A stretch of DNA of 64,000 nt, taken from positions 256,001-320,000 of the forward strand of contig JABCTZ010000032.1 of NCBI GenBank assembly GCA_018238155.1, written 5' to 3'. This DNA comes from Candidatus Heimdallarchaeota archaeon. Its GTDB lineage: Archaea; Asgardarchaeota; Heimdallarchaeia; JABLTI01. Below are positions 10,839-20,964 of this stretch, in pieces; within the stretch, counting starts at the first letter, position 1; each line of letters begins with the position of its first letter. The notes under the pieces are model-generated. The model was not told where the DNA came from. It saw nothing but the letters and a program-made list of their open reading frames with translations, and did not search any database. The translations under genes and the position numbers were made by a program.

Positions 10839-11815
10839 TATCAAAAATGGCAACACAAAACCAATCTAAGAAAATACAATGCGGTAACTGTAAAGCAGAG
10901 AATGATGTTCCTCCTTATACATCTGTAGTAACATGTGAATACTGTGGAACTCCAAATGAATTACAAAGTGGCAAAATAATCGAAAATCACCACATGTTAT
11001 CAGTGTACTTTAGTGGTTCTGAACTAACAGAACTTATTCCACAATACCTTTCTAAATATGTCGGAGTGCCCGAGGATTTTGCTGATAAAACAGTTTTCAA
11101 ACAATTTGAACTTCGAATGATGCCATTTTGGGTTTTCAAATTCCATGCTCATACAGACTACAAAGGAATGGGTAAATATGTTAATCCTAATCAAACAAAT
11201 GCATGGAGTCAGCATATAAGTATAAAGCAGCGACCAGAACAAGGTTCGATTGATCTAGATCAAACTTGTCTTATTTTCGGTTACAGAGAACAACACAAAG
11301 AAATTCGTGATGAAAAAGTTCCTGTAGGTTCTAAAACTGCATTTGATATCAAAGCAGTTCAAGCTGAAGGCGGAGTTATCCTTGATACCGAAATCGGTTA
11401 TGATGATGCTTATGCTATTGCAGAAGGACAAGTTAAAAATCGCCATCAAAAATTGATTTATCGAGAAATTGTTAAAATTGATGGTATGAATCAAACCATA
11501 AACCTCAAAGAAATCTCTTATTTACATGTGCCCTTTTACCGAGTAATCTATGGTTATGGAGATTGGGAAGGTGAAGCATTAGTTGATGCTGCAAGAGGAA
11601 AAGTTCTTCGAGCAGAGTATCCCGTATCCCGTTCTCATCGATTCTGGGGATTATTTGGTATAGTCTTTGCCCTCGGACTTATGGGTTTAGCAATCTATTT
11701 AGCATTTGCAAGCAGCTGGGCTATAGCTGGTTATGTTGGCATAGTCGTTTTCTTAGGCTTCCTTATCTTCATGATGAAGGAAACTTTCACGAAGAAGAAA
11801 GTGGCTTCTGAATAG
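10814..11815 (+). CDS. Zinc-ribbon membrane protein, distant paralog of the upstream gene
   Basis: CGNC..CEYC, MPFW and HVPFY motifs, two C-terminal TM helices; likely start at ATG 10847. Confidence 0.7.
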   Translation: MWAYRRELISKMATQNQSKKIQCGNCKAENDVPPYTSVVTCEYCGTPNELQSGKIIENHHMLSVYFSGSELTELIPQYLSKYVGVPEDFADKTVFKQFELRMMPFWVFKFHAHTDYKGMGKYVNPNQTNAWSQHISIKQRPEQGSIDLDQTCLIFGYREQHKEIRDEKVPVGSKTAFDIKAVQAEGGVILDTEIGYDDAYAIAEGQVKNRHQKLIYREIVKIDGMNQTINLKEISYLHVPFYRVIYGYGDWEGEALVDAARGKVLRAEYPVSRSHRFWGLFGIVFALGLMGLAIYLAFASSWAIAGYVGIVVFLGFLIFMMKETFTKKKVASE

Positions 11816-11830
11816 TCATCACTTATTATT

Positions 11831-11867
11831 GCAGGGTTCATTCCCTGTTTCCTTTCTCTTTTTCTTT
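11831..11867 (+). terminator. Hairpin (GCAGGG/CCCTGT) plus pyrimidine tract
   Basis: Stem-loop just after the stop codon followed by a T-rich run. Confidence 0.5.
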
Positions 11868-11955
11868 GAAACCTTTTTAATCTAAAATTGCCATTATCTC
11901 TTGTAATGATTTATATTACTTTGTCTTTTAAATCTCTTTCAACGGTGTTTCATTT

Positions 11956-12780
11956 ATGATGAAAGTTGGTTACATTCAATTCCATCCTCTGTTTGGTGAA
12001 GTAGATTACAATAGAACACATACTCTTGAGCTCATACATCAGAGAGCAGATGCAGACCTTCTAGTTTTACCAGAGCTATGTACAACCGGATATCTCTTTA
12101 CTGATAAAACAGAATTAGAACGATTAGCTGAATTTATCCCAGAAGGAAAATCAACTAAGGCTTGGATTAAAATTGCAAAAGAAACTAATACTTATTTGGT
12201 TGCTGGAATTTGCGAAAAAACCAAAGATGGCAAATTCTATAATTCATCCGTCTTAATTGGACCCGAAGGTTACATTGATACATATCGTAAAATCCATTTA
12301 TTTAATACTGAAAAAAATTTCTTCTCTCCTGGAAATGGTCCTTTCAAAATCTATGATATTGGAATAGCAAAACTTGGGATGATTATTTGTTTCGACTGGG
12401 CTTTTCCTGAATTGACTAGAATACTAGCATTAAATGGTGCTGAGATTATTTGTCACCCTTCCAACTTAGTTCTTAGCTTTGCTCAGAAAGTAATGTTGGC
12501 ACGTTCAATTGAGAACAGAGTTTATACAATAACTGCAAATAGAATTGGTGACGATATTAGACCCTCATCAAAATTAATTTTTACTGGTGAAAGCCAAGTT
12601 ACAAGCCCGAAAATGGAAATTCTCTTGAAAGCCAGTGTAGATAAAGAAGAGATAGGTGTTGTGGAAATAGATCCTTTACTTGCTCAAAATAAAATGATAA
12701 CTGCGAATAATCACATATTTCTTGATAGAAGAGTTGAGTTGTATCAACCAATAATTAATCATAATGAGCTTGAAAAATAG
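11956..12780 (+). CDS. Nitrilase-family carbon-nitrogen hydrolase
   Basis: E-K-C triad: LPEL, YRKIHL, ICFDWAFPE. Confidence 0.9.
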   Translation: MMKVGYIQFHPLFGEVDYNRTHTLELIHQRADADLLVLPELCTTGYLFTDKTELERLAEFIPEGKSTKAWIKIAKETNTYLVAGICEKTKDGKFYNSSVLIGPEGYIDTYRKIHLFNTEKNFFSPGNGPFKIYDIGIAKLGMIICFDWAFPELTRILALNGAEIICHPSNLVLSFAQKVMLARSIENRVYTITANRIGDDIRPSSKLIFTGESQVTSPKMEILLKASVDKEEIGVVEIDPLLAQNKMITANNHIFLDRRVELYQPIINHNELEK

Positions 12781-12800
12781 TTTTATACTAGACTTAACCT

Positions 12801-13781
12801 TTGTTAGAAAAAGTTAAATCAAATAATCAATTAAATGACTATACAGAAGGATTAATGATGGCTATACTAATTACTGGCGGCGCAGGTTTTATTGGTTCTT
12901 ACCTCGTTCACCGTCTTGTAGAAGCAGATCAAGAAGTAGTTGTTTATGATATCAATATTGATAATATACAAAATAGGGATGAAAAGGCAATTTATATTGA
13001 AGGAGATATTTCTAATATTGATCAACTGAAAGAAGTAATTGAGAAATACGATTTTGATTCAATATTTCATCTTGCTTCCATTCTCCCTCCCAAAACTGAG
13101 GAAGATCCATATGTTGCGTTTAAAATAAATATTGAAGGAACAATGAATGTTCTCAATACTGCTTGCAACCATGGAATCAAAACGATTATTTATCCGAGTT
13201 CTGCTACAGTTTTTGGTCCAAATAGGCAACCTCCTTTTACTGAGGAAGATTTACGTGATCCGTGGACTGTATACAGTTCATTCAAAATTTGTAATGAAAT
13301 TATTGGATCTATTTATGCTAAAAAATTTGATATTAATTTTCGTGCAGTTCGATTCCCAGTCGTTTTAGGTCATGGTGCTGATCCTATGTCAGGTATGTCT
13401 AGTTATCCTATCGAAATGATGGACGATGCACTTCATGGTGTTCCCTATATTGCCAAAGTTTCTCCAGAAACAAGAATCCCAATTATCCATATTGAAGAAG
13501 CAGTTCAAGTTTTGATTAACCTTTGGAGAAGCAATCAACTTCATTTTGAAATCTATGATATCGATGGTTTGTGGGTAACTGCGAAAGAGATTGCTGATGG
13601 TATAAAAAAACACATTCCTTCTGCAGAGATAACCTTCAAACCAGTAGAGGATGTAATGGTTCAAAAAGTTCTTACCGGAATTAAAGAAGAGAAAGAAAAA
13701 GACAGATTCGGTTTTAAAGGCAAACGATTATTGGATGAGATTCTCCAAGAATATCTCTCGAGAAAGAAACCAGAAAAATGA
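12801..13781 (+). CDS. NAD-dependent epimerase/dehydratase (extended SDR, L-threonine dehydrogenase-like)
   Basis: TGGAGFIG, FHLAS, YSSFK (YxxxK); likely start near 12855. Confidence 0.85.
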   Translation: MLEKVKSNNQLNDYTEGLMMAILITGGAGFIGSYLVHRLVEADQEVVVYDINIDNIQNRDEKAIYIEGDISNIDQLKEVIEKYDFDSIFHLASILPPKTEEDPYVAFKINIEGTMNVLNTACNHGIKTIIYPSSATVFGPNRQPPFTEEDLRDPWTVYSSFKICNEIIGSIYAKKFDINFRAVRFPVVLGHGADPMSGMSSYPIEMMDDALHGVPYIAKVSPETRIPIIHIEEAVQVLINLWRSNQLHFEIYDIDGLWVTAKEIADGIKKHIPSAEITFKPVEDVMVQKVLTGIKEEKEKDRFGFKGKRLLDEILQEYLSRKKPEK

Positions 13782-13816
13782 GTTTGTTTTTAGCACTCAT
13801 TTTCTAATTTGCTTTT

Positions 13817-14593
13817 TTATTGGCGCGGAATCGAATCCTGATTTACTTGAATTTCTACATCAGCAGTATCAATTACAAGTTCCTTCGCTACTTTGTATTC
13901 CTTTAAATTAACAAATATCCACATCAAGAATAGATATGGTATTCCAGTATTAAATTCTAAGAAACTATTAAAGATCATTACACTCCAATTTAAAGGTCGA
14001 ATTCCAGCTATCATCAAAGTTGACTCCATTGAAAAGTGTATGAAAATACCCACTCCAAAGAGAAAAGCAAAATACCACCAAGGAATATTTTCCATAAATT
14101 TCCACCGAAATGCTTTGAGTACTAAGAGCATACCATATCCTACAGCTATCATCAGAATTTGTCCGATTCTATTTCCCGACATCTCACGGTAGATTGACAT
14201 CTCTGCATCATTCCAGTGTATCCATTGAGACATTGCTGCAATTAACATCCAACCTCCCCATAACAAAGTTGACCATAATCCTTTTTCTATTTTAGAAATG
14301 CTTTTATCAAACATTATTGGTGCATATGAAAACATAATCATCCCGTAAGTGAATGAGAAATATGCTAAGAACAGGTGAGGACCGATTGGTCCTTCGATAT
14401 GTCTTGTTCCCTTGAGCGTATACCAAATGATATCATCTGTGAAAAAAATGACCGCATAGCCAAAAAGACCAAAGAGTAACGCTTTGAACCTTTTTCGCAC
14501 TAACAATAATATTATCCAAATAGCTGCTAATATTAAATCGAAATAGATGAAATCAATGTCCATAACTCTTATGACATCGTGGAAATCAAACAT
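13817..14593 (-). CDS. Multi-pass membrane protein of unknown function
   Basis: About 7 hydrophobic segments; long ORF filling the gap between genes. Confidence 0.7.
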   Translation of the reverse strand: MFDFHDVIRVMDIDFIYFDLILAAIWIILLLVRKRFKALLFGLFGYAVIFFTDDIIWYTLKGTRHIEGPIGPHLFLAYFSFTYGMIMFSYAPIMFDKSISKIEKGLWSTLLWGGWMLIAAMSQWIHWNDAEMSIYREMSGNRIGQILMIAVGYGMLLVLKAFRWKFMENIPWWYFAFLFGVGIFIHFSMESTLMIAGIRPLNWSVMIFNSFLEFNTGIPYLFLMWIFVNLKEYKVAKELVIDTADVEIQVNQDSIPRQ

Positions 14594-14649
14594 AAGAAAA
14601 ATAGAAATAAATAACCCTTTTTATTATTTTTCACCAAAAATGATCTATT

Positions 14650-15870
14650 TTGTTTTTTACTAGAAACAAGATTAAAAAGCATGAAGTATTCTTCATCAGT
14701 TATAGAGTAAAAAACATTGAATCCAGGTGCAATATTTTGAGCCAATTTAAAAGAATACGACATATTCCTACTTCAGAAAAATTAGCTGATATAGTCTTTT
14801 CCAAATTGCGCAAGATTAAAGTGGAAGCTCCTTCGGGTTCAAAGAAACGAAGGTCTGATCAATCTTTCCATAAAACACTTTATTTCCGACAATTTCGTTA
14901 TCTCTTTCCTGAGCTTGAAGAACGATTAGAAAAAATAGCTGAAAGTTTTCCAATTATCGAAGAATTGCATCCATTTCATATTGAATTGATTGATGTTCTT
15001 TTTGGTATAGATAAAATTAGAACTGCTCTTTCTAGAATTAATAATACTAGAAAATCTTTGAAAAGTATTTCACGTGATGTTAACAAACGACTTGGTATGA
15101 GTGAATTTCCTTCTGAATCTAAGAAAGCTAGATCAGAAGCTTTAGGACGTGTGGGTTCAACAATAAGTAAGCTTAAGAAACCTCTTGATACCTTGATTGA
15201 TGCGAAAATACAATTATCTCGAGTCCCAGATTTTAATCTAAAGCAACATACAATTGCTTTTGCCGGTGGACCTAATGCCGGTAAATCCAGTTTTGTTAAG
15301 CTTGTTTCGACTGGAGCACCTGAAATTAATTCTTATCCATTTACTACGAAAGAGCTAGTGATTGGTCATAGAAAGAGAAACAAATTTGAAAGTGTTCAAT
15401 TAATGGATACCCCTGGATTGCTTGATAGACCTTTAGGAGAACGTAACGTGATTGAGATGAGGAGCATTCTAGCTCTTAAACACCTTGCAGATCTCATTGT
15501 CTTTCTTTATGACCCTTCTGTACAATCTCCTCTAAGTTTGAAGCAACAACTGAGTCTTCTTTCAGAAATTGAAACTCAGTTTGAGGATATTCCCATTATT
15601 TGTTATATTAATAAACAAGATACATTAACAAAAGCGGAACTCGTAGAGGTTCGATCTCTAGTTGGTGATCATAAAGCAATCTCTACACGTGAAGAGGATT
15701 CAGCTGATTTAGAGATAATAATCACAGAGATAATTGATTCGCTCCCACCAAAGAAGTTAATCTTTGATAAGAACAAGGATAAAAAGATAATAGAGGAACC
15801 TGGTAAGAAACGTGTAAAAAAAGATAAGATTGAGTGGATATTCTTTGACGAAGACGATAGTGAAGATTGA
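14650..15870 (+). CDS. NOG1-family GTPase (ribosome biogenesis)
   Basis: ELHPFH in the NOG1 N-terminal helical region, GGPNAGKSS, YPFTTKEL, DTPGLLDRP..ERN.IE, NKQD; true start probably TTG near 14737 after GGTG. Confidence 0.9.
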   Translation: MFFTRNKIKKHEVFFISYRVKNIESRCNILSQFKRIRHIPTSEKLADIVFSKLRKIKVEAPSGSKKRRSDQSFHKTLYFRQFRYLFPELEERLEKIAESFPIIEELHPFHIELIDVLFGIDKIRTALSRINNTRKSLKSISRDVNKRLGMSEFPSESKKARSEALGRVGSTISKLKKPLDTLIDAKIQLSRVPDFNLKQHTIAFAGGPNAGKSSFVKLVSTGAPEINSYPFTTKELVIGHRKRNKFESVQLMDTPGLLDRPLGERNVIEMRSILALKHLADLIVFLYDPSVQSPLSLKQQLSLLSEIETQFEDIPIICYINKQDTLTKAELVEVRSLVGDHKAISTREEDSADLEIIITEIIDSLPPKKLIFDKNKDKKIIEEPGKKRVKKDKIEWIFFDEDDSED

Positions 15871-16924
15871 TGGGAATTTGTTGGAAGGTGGAGGAGCGAT
15901 TTTGCGAAATGCTGTTGCATTGTCAGCTTTACACAAAACCCCCATAGAGATTTACAATATTCGTGCTAAACGTTCTAAACCTGGTTTAAGAAATCAACAT
16001 GTAAAAGTAATTGAAGCAATTTGTGCAATCTCTGATGGAAAAATGGCTGGCGTTTCTGTTGGATCACAAAATATCCGTTTCTATCCTGGCGAACTAAAAG
16101 GTGGGGAATATACAATTGATATTGGAACAGCAGGAAGTTTATCCCTTCTCCTACAAGCAATTATTCCTGTTGCAGCTAAGTGTCCTGATTCTGTTAAATT
16201 ATTAATGAAAGGTGGAACTGATGTTAGATGGTCTCCCCCTATAGACTATATTAAATCTGTTTACTTACCAATGTTGGAGAAATTAGGTTTAGAAGCAACA
16301 CTCTGTGTTGGTCGTCGCGGGCATTTCCCAAAAGGTGGTGGAACACTCACTTGTGATATTGAACCTCTTATCCGGATGAAACCAATTCAATATCAATTTG
16401 ATGCACCCTTAAAACCTCAATGTATTTGTGGAAAAGTTCATGCTGTTAGATTACCATGTTCTATTGCAGAGAGAATTACTACTTCAGCAGTTGCTCACAT
16501 CGAGAAGAATGGTTTCCAAATAGCCGCAATTGAACAAGAGTGCTCTGAACCAAAATACGATGTTCATATAGGTCCTGGGACGGGAATAACACTTTGGTCA
16601 TGTAATAATTTTGGTACGATATTGGCTGGTGATGGTTTGGGTGAAAAAGGTCTCCCGGCTGAAAAAGTGGGTCAAATTGCTGCAGAAAACATTATTGAGC
16701 AGCTTAAAATAGGCAGACCAATTGACTATCATCTAGCTGATCAATTAATAATTTGGATGGGAATATCTGATTTTCCATCAGTTATTGATACAAATAAAAT
16801 TACACTTCATACTCTTACAAATATTGAGATTCTTAAATTACTGACGAAAGCAAACTTTTCAGTACAAGGTAAGGTCGGAGAACCCGGTATTATTACTTGT
16901 GAACCAAATTATTATCCAGAATAG
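15830..16924 (+). CDS. rtcA: RNA 3'-terminal phosphate cyclase
   Basis: IDG.LEGGG.ILR, R.KPGLR.QH, GGTDV.WSP, RGHFPKGGG, D.HLADQL. Confidence 0.93.
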   Translation: MSGYSLTKTIVKIDGNLLEGGGAILRNAVALSALHKTPIEIYNIRAKRSKPGLRNQHVKVIEAICAISDGKMAGVSVGSQNIRFYPGELKGGEYTIDIGTAGSLSLLLQAIIPVAAKCPDSVKLLMKGGTDVRWSPPIDYIKSVYLPMLEKLGLEATLCVGRRGHFPKGGGTLTCDIEPLIRMKPIQYQFDAPLKPQCICGKVHAVRLPCSIAERITTSAVAHIEKNGFQIAAIEQECSEPKYDVHIGPGTGITLWSCNNFGTILAGDGLGEKGLPAEKVGQIAAENIIEQLKIGRPIDYHLADQLIIWMGISDFPSVIDTNKITLHTLTNIEILKLLTKANFSVQGKVGEPGIITCEPNYYPE

Positions 16925-16966
16925 TAATTGTTTTTCACAAAGCTATGTTGTCTCAAAAATTATTAA

Positions 16967-17374
16967 TTGAATGATATTATAGTAATTAGTTACGGATGGA
17001 GAACAATGTATCATATTACACCTGAAGATGAGAAAAAATTAGCTACCCTTAGTTCATACCAACAAGCAATCCTTCGCATTTTAGCTGAAGTTCCAAAAGG
17101 AAAGGTCACTACTTATGGCGACCTTGCTAAGGAGCTCTCAAAGAGGGATTCACGTTACTCTCCAAATGCATCTCGAGCAGTTGGTACAACGATGAAAAAC
17201 AATGTTTGTGGACCTCAAATTCCATGTCATCGAGTGATTAAATCAGATGGCTCAATAGGCAATTTTCGTGGTGAAGCGAAAGCAACTGATGAAAAAACCG
17301 CTATGCTTCGTGATGAAGGTGTTGAAGTTATTCGTGGTAAAATTAGTTTGAGTATGTTTCGTTACAAATTCTAA
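16967..17374 (+). CDS. Methylated-DNA--protein-cysteine methyltransferase (MGMT/Ogt C-terminal domain)
   Basis: VP.GKVTTYGDLA, RAVG, IPCHRV active-site motif; likely start at ATG 17006. Confidence 0.88.
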   Translation: MNDIIVISYGWRTMYHITPEDEKKLATLSSYQQAILRILAEVPKGKVTTYGDLAKELSKRDSRYSPNASRAVGTTMKNNVCGPQIPCHRVIKSDGSIGNFRGEAKATDEKTAMLRDEGVEVIRGKISLSMFRYKF

Positions 17375-17377
17375 GGA

Positions 17378-17896
17378 TTATTTATCTGAAGAATTAATAG
17401 CTTTAATTCTAGCTAACCCGTCTAAATTTGCTAATACGCTAATAACAGCTTTTGGCAGTAATTCTTGCCATTCCTTTTTTCCTTTCTTCATTAAATCTCT
17501 TACATGTTCAGCACTATATTCATCTCTTTCAAAGAGTGGTGGTGTTCTTACTTTTTTACCTGCTTGTTCAAAGAGATATCTTGTATGAGGGTTATTTGTA
17601 TAAACAATATCGAATTTTGGTACCAACCTAGTTATATGTGCAACCCAAAGACCATTATCATTTAGATCATTTGCTGGAATAATAATTACTCGAGTAATAT
17701 CCTTCAATTCTTCTATTAATGAGTTGTGAATCATATCGTATCTTTCACCTGCTGTAAATGGGTTTTTTGGTTGGTGACTTTGTTGAGACGCAGCAATGAT
17801 GACGATGAGGTCATCAACTTCATTTAGAATATACCTTATCACACTAAGATGCCCTTTATGGAAGGGTTGAAACCTTCCAACAATCATTCCACGCAT
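17378..17896 (-). CDS. nadM: Nicotinamide-nucleotide adenylyltransferase
   Basis: GRFQPFHKGH, SH..KNPFTAGER. Confidence 0.93.
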   Translation of the reverse strand: MRGMIVGRFQPFHKGHLSVIRYILNEVDDLIVIIAASQQSHQPKNPFTAGERYDMIHNSLIEELKDITRVIIIPANDLNDNGLWVAHITRLVPKFDIVYTNNPHTRYLFEQAGKKVRTPPLFERDEYSAEHVRDLMKKGKKEWQELLPKAVISVLANLDGLARIKAINSSDK

Positions 17897-18102
17897 TTTA
17901 ATTCACACTTTTTATTGATTTGCCAGTAATAATTAACTTTTAGTTCTAGTACATTTTTATAGTTATTAATGAATGTATTAAGTTCAGCTTATTAAAAAAC
18001 TTTATAAGGTATTTCTTAACATTCGAGAACTGATACGTAATAAGTTGTTTTGTCCAATTCTTCGGCAATATCTAAAGGACAAAAAAAGAGCTGAGATAAA
18101 CC

Positions 18103-18942
18103 ATGGAAATTGAGCTTATCAAAACTAAGGATAAAAATAAACTACATTTTGTCATTAAAGGAAGCAATGATACATTCGTTAATGCTTTGAGAAGAACTAT
18201 CATAAGTGACGTTCCTATATTAGCTATTGAAGATATCATTCTAGTTGAGAACACTTCTCCTGTTTTAGATGAAATGGTTGCTCATAGATTGGGTTTAATT
18301 CCTTTAACTACTCCAATGGATGAATTTACTGTTGCAAGTGAATGTGAAAATTGTGGTGGAGAAGGATGTCATGTTTGTTCCGTTTCACTTACTCTTGATG
18401 TCGAAGCTAATGATGATGAAACATTAAATATTTATTCAAAAGATCTTATTTCTAATGATGCTAAAATCGTTCCAGTGAGTGATAAAATCCAAATAGCAAA
18501 ACTTGGTCCAGGACAGAAAATTACTCTTGAAGCCATTGCTATGATGGGCAGAGGCAGTGAACATGCAAAATGGTCTCCAGTAGTAACTTGTTCTTATCGT
18601 TACTATCCAAAGGTTATACAAGATCCATCAAAATGTACTGGATGTGACGAGTGTGTTGATGCTTGTCCAAAGAAAATCCTTAAGGTTACCAAAAAAGTAG
18701 TAAAATTAACTACTCCTTTAGAATGTCTTCTCTGTGATTTGTGTACAAAGGCTTGTGCACCATATGAATCATTGGTAATGGGTAAGGTCGATGGTGATTA
18801 CGTGTTCCTATTAGAATCAACAGGTTCAATATCACCAAAAGATATTTTCAAAAAAGCGACCGAAATCCTCAAAAATAAAGCCAAGGATTTCGAGACTGCT
18901 TATAAAATAGCTCATGAAAATTTCACAAAGAAAAAGAACTAA
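18103..18942 (+). CDS. rpoD: RNA polymerase subunit D (Rpo3) with ferredoxin-like insert
   Basis: NALRRTIISDVP, DEMVAHRLGLIPL, G.EHAKWSP; two CxxCxxCxxxC Fe-S motifs. Confidence 0.96.
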   Translation: MEIELIKTKDKNKLHFVIKGSNDTFVNALRRTIISDVPILAIEDIILVENTSPVLDEMVAHRLGLIPLTTPMDEFTVASECENCGGEGCHVCSVSLTLDVEANDDETLNIYSKDLISNDAKIVPVSDKIQIAKLGPGQKITLEAIAMMGRGSEHAKWSPVVTCSYRYYPKVIQDPSKCTGCDECVDACPKKILKVTKKVVKLTTPLECLLCDLCTKACAPYESLVMGKVDGDYVFLLESTGSISPKDIFKKATEILKNKAKDFETAYKIAHENFTKKKN

Positions 18943-18998
18943 TCTATCGTATCAATAAATCAAAAAGTCAAGTTAATCCTAAAAATAGTTTTCAGTAA

Positions 18999-19394
18999 AT
19001 GAAGACGGAGGATTGTGAGTATATGCCAAAACCAACAGGGCCATCAGATCCAAATACCGTCGCGTTAATTCGCGATTTAAGAAAGAAAGGTGCTAAAGAT
19101 AAAAAGCACACTTTTTGGACGGTTCTCTCAAAAAAATTGGAAAAACCACGCCGAATAAGACCAGCTATCAATCTTAGCAAGATAAGTCGTTATGCTAAGA
19201 AGACAGATCTCGTTGTTGTTCCGGGTAAAGTTTTAGCCTCTGGGGAGATAAAGGGCAGCTATACAGTTGCTGCTTTGAACTTTAGCTTAATTGCTGAAGC
19301 AAAAATAACAAAAGCTGGCGGAAAAGCAATTTCATTAAGAGACTTAATGAATTTACCCGCAGCAGAAATCAAGAATGTTCGTATTCTTGCTTAA
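18999..19394 (+). CDS. rpl18e: 50S ribosomal protein L18e (eL18)
   Basis: NLSKISRY, VVPGKVLASG, position after rpoD; likely start at ATG 19023. Confidence 0.93.
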   Translation: MKTEDCEYMPKPTGPSDPNTVALIRDLRKKGAKDKKHTFWTVLSKKLEKPRRIRPAINLSKISRYAKKTDLVVVPGKVLASGEIKGSYTVAALNFSLIAEAKITKAGGKAISLRDLMNLPAAEIKNVRILA

Positions 19395-19404
19395 TTAGCT
19401 CGGA

Positions 19405-19890
19405 GTGATTAATATGTCAAGTCCAAAAACAGTAATAGACGCAGAAGGAGCAATTTTAGGCAGATTATCAACATATGTTGCAAAACGATTGTTGACTGGT
19501 GAGACAGTTGATATTGTCAACGTTGAGAAGATTATTATCTCAGGTAAACCAAAGTCAGTTATTGCACAATATAAAGAACGTCTTGGTATCCGAAGCAAAT
19601 ATAATCCTCTTAGAGGTCCATTCCATTACAGACGACCAGATAGATTTGTAAGACGATCCATTCGTGGAATGCTCCCATACAAAAAACCACGCGGAAAGGC
19701 TGCTTTTCATCGTTTGAAATGCTATATCCAAGTACCAGTGGAATTTGAAAAAGTTAAGAAGATTACAATTCCAGATGCTGATTCAGCAAAATTAACGAGT
19801 AAACGAATTTCTGTTGCTGACCTCTGTATACAGTTAGGTTGGAATTACAACCCAAAACTGGATCCAAATTATCAACCAGTAGAAGAATAG
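19405..19890 (+). CDS. rpl13: 50S ribosomal protein L13 (uL13)
   Basis: IDAEGAILGRL, RGPFH.RRPD, RGMLPYK. Confidence 0.95.
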   Translation: MINMSSPKTVIDAEGAILGRLSTYVAKRLLTGETVDIVNVEKIIISGKPKSVIAQYKERLGIRSKYNPLRGPFHYRRPDRFVRRSIRGMLPYKKPRGKAAFHRLKCYIQVPVEFEKVKKITIPDADSAKLTSKRISVADLCIQLGWNYNPKLDPNYQPVEE

Positions 19891-19901
19891 GTGATTAAGA
19901 A

Positions 19902-20312
19902 ATGTCTTCAAAACGAATCGTTCTAACCTCCGGTAAAAGAAAAACAGCTGTTGCACGAGCAACCACCAAAACCGGCAAAGGTCGCATCCGAATTAATTCC
20001 ATACCACTAGAAATTTTCCCCTCAGAATTGGCACGAATGAAAATTCAAGAGCCATTGCAACTTGCCGGAGAAGCTGTCATCAATAAAGTTGACATAAGTG
20101 TTAACGTTAAAGGTGGTGGTACTGTCGGACAGGCAGATGCTGCAAGAACTGCAATTGGAAGAGCTCTAGTAAAATGGACACAAGATCCTGAATTAAGAAG
20201 CAAATTTTTACACTATGATAGAACCATTTTGGTTGCAGATTCCAGAAGAAAAGAACAAAAGAAAGCAGGCGGACCTGGAGCAAGAGCTAAATACCAGAAA
20301 TCCTATCGTTAA
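19902..20312 (+). CDS. rps9: 30S ribosomal protein S9 (uS9)
   Basis: [18 protein letters not shown]-terminal [10 protein letters not shown]. Confidence 0.96.
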   Translation: MSSKRIVLTSGKRKTAVARATTKTGKGRIRINSIPLEIFPSELARMKIQEPLQLAGEAVINKVDISVNVKGGGTVGQADAARTAIGRALVKWTQDPELRSKFLHYDRTILVADSRRKEQKKAGGPGARAKYQKSYR

Positions 20313-20339
20313 ATTAAACAATAAAAATTTGTTCAGAGT

Positions 20340-20375
20340 TTGGTGGTTCTTCCACCAACAATTTTTCATTTTTAT
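20340..20375 (+). terminator. Hairpin (TTGGTGG/CCACCAA) plus T-tract ending the rpoD-rps9 unit
   Basis: Perfect 7-bp stem followed by T runs. Confidence 0.55.
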
Positions 20376-20458
20376 ATTTAAGTTACATTTAGTTGTTTAT
20401 TATTAATATACTTGGAAAACATCCAATAAATTGGTTTCAGGTTTAAAAAAAAATAAGG

Positions 20459-20857
20459 TTGAAAAAATTTATGAGTAGAACAAAAGATTGGTTACAATAT
20501 TCTGAAGAATTAATCAAAATTGCTGATTTACTAATGGATAAAGGTCGTTTTTCATGGTCTTGTTTTACATCTCAACAAGCTGCAACTGCTGCCCTCAAAG
20601 CAATTCTATTTAAAATGGGCGAGTCAACCTATGGAGATAATCTTATTGCTCTTTTAAGAACTGTGAAAGAAAGCCGTGCTATTCCTAAGGACGTAAAAGA
20701 AGCATGTCATCATGTTAATGATTATTTCAAAACTAGTCGAGATTTAGAAAACAAACCCGATGGAACTCCTCTTAGCTATTTCTCTCTTAAAGAATCACAA
20801 AAAGCGAAAATTGATGCATTGACAGTTATTCGATTTGCTTATCATGAATCTCAATAG
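20459..20857 (+). CDS. HEPN-domain protein (degenerate)
   Basis: DWL..S, WSCFTSQQAA..ALKA pattern of the COG2250-like HEPN family; likely start at ATG 20471. Confidence 0.75.
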   Translation: MKKFMSRTKDWLQYSEELIKIADLLMDKGRFSWSCFTSQQAATAALKAILFKMGESTYGDNLIALLRTVKESRAIPKDVKEACHHVNDYFKTSRDLENKPDGTPLSYFSLKESQKAKIDALTVIRFAYHESQ

Positions 20858-20964
20858 TTGATTGATATTATATAAAAAGGCAATATATTATTCCCCTTTA
20901 GTAATAAAACTTCATTTAAATACTAAACCATTCCCTTAACACTATAGAAAGGAGCTCAAAAGAA

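Noticed and set aside
18343-18760. Cys-rich loop and two Fe-S motifs in RpoD as a novelty
   Set aside because: Ferredoxin-like inserts and the Cys loop are known in many archaeal Rpo3 subunits.
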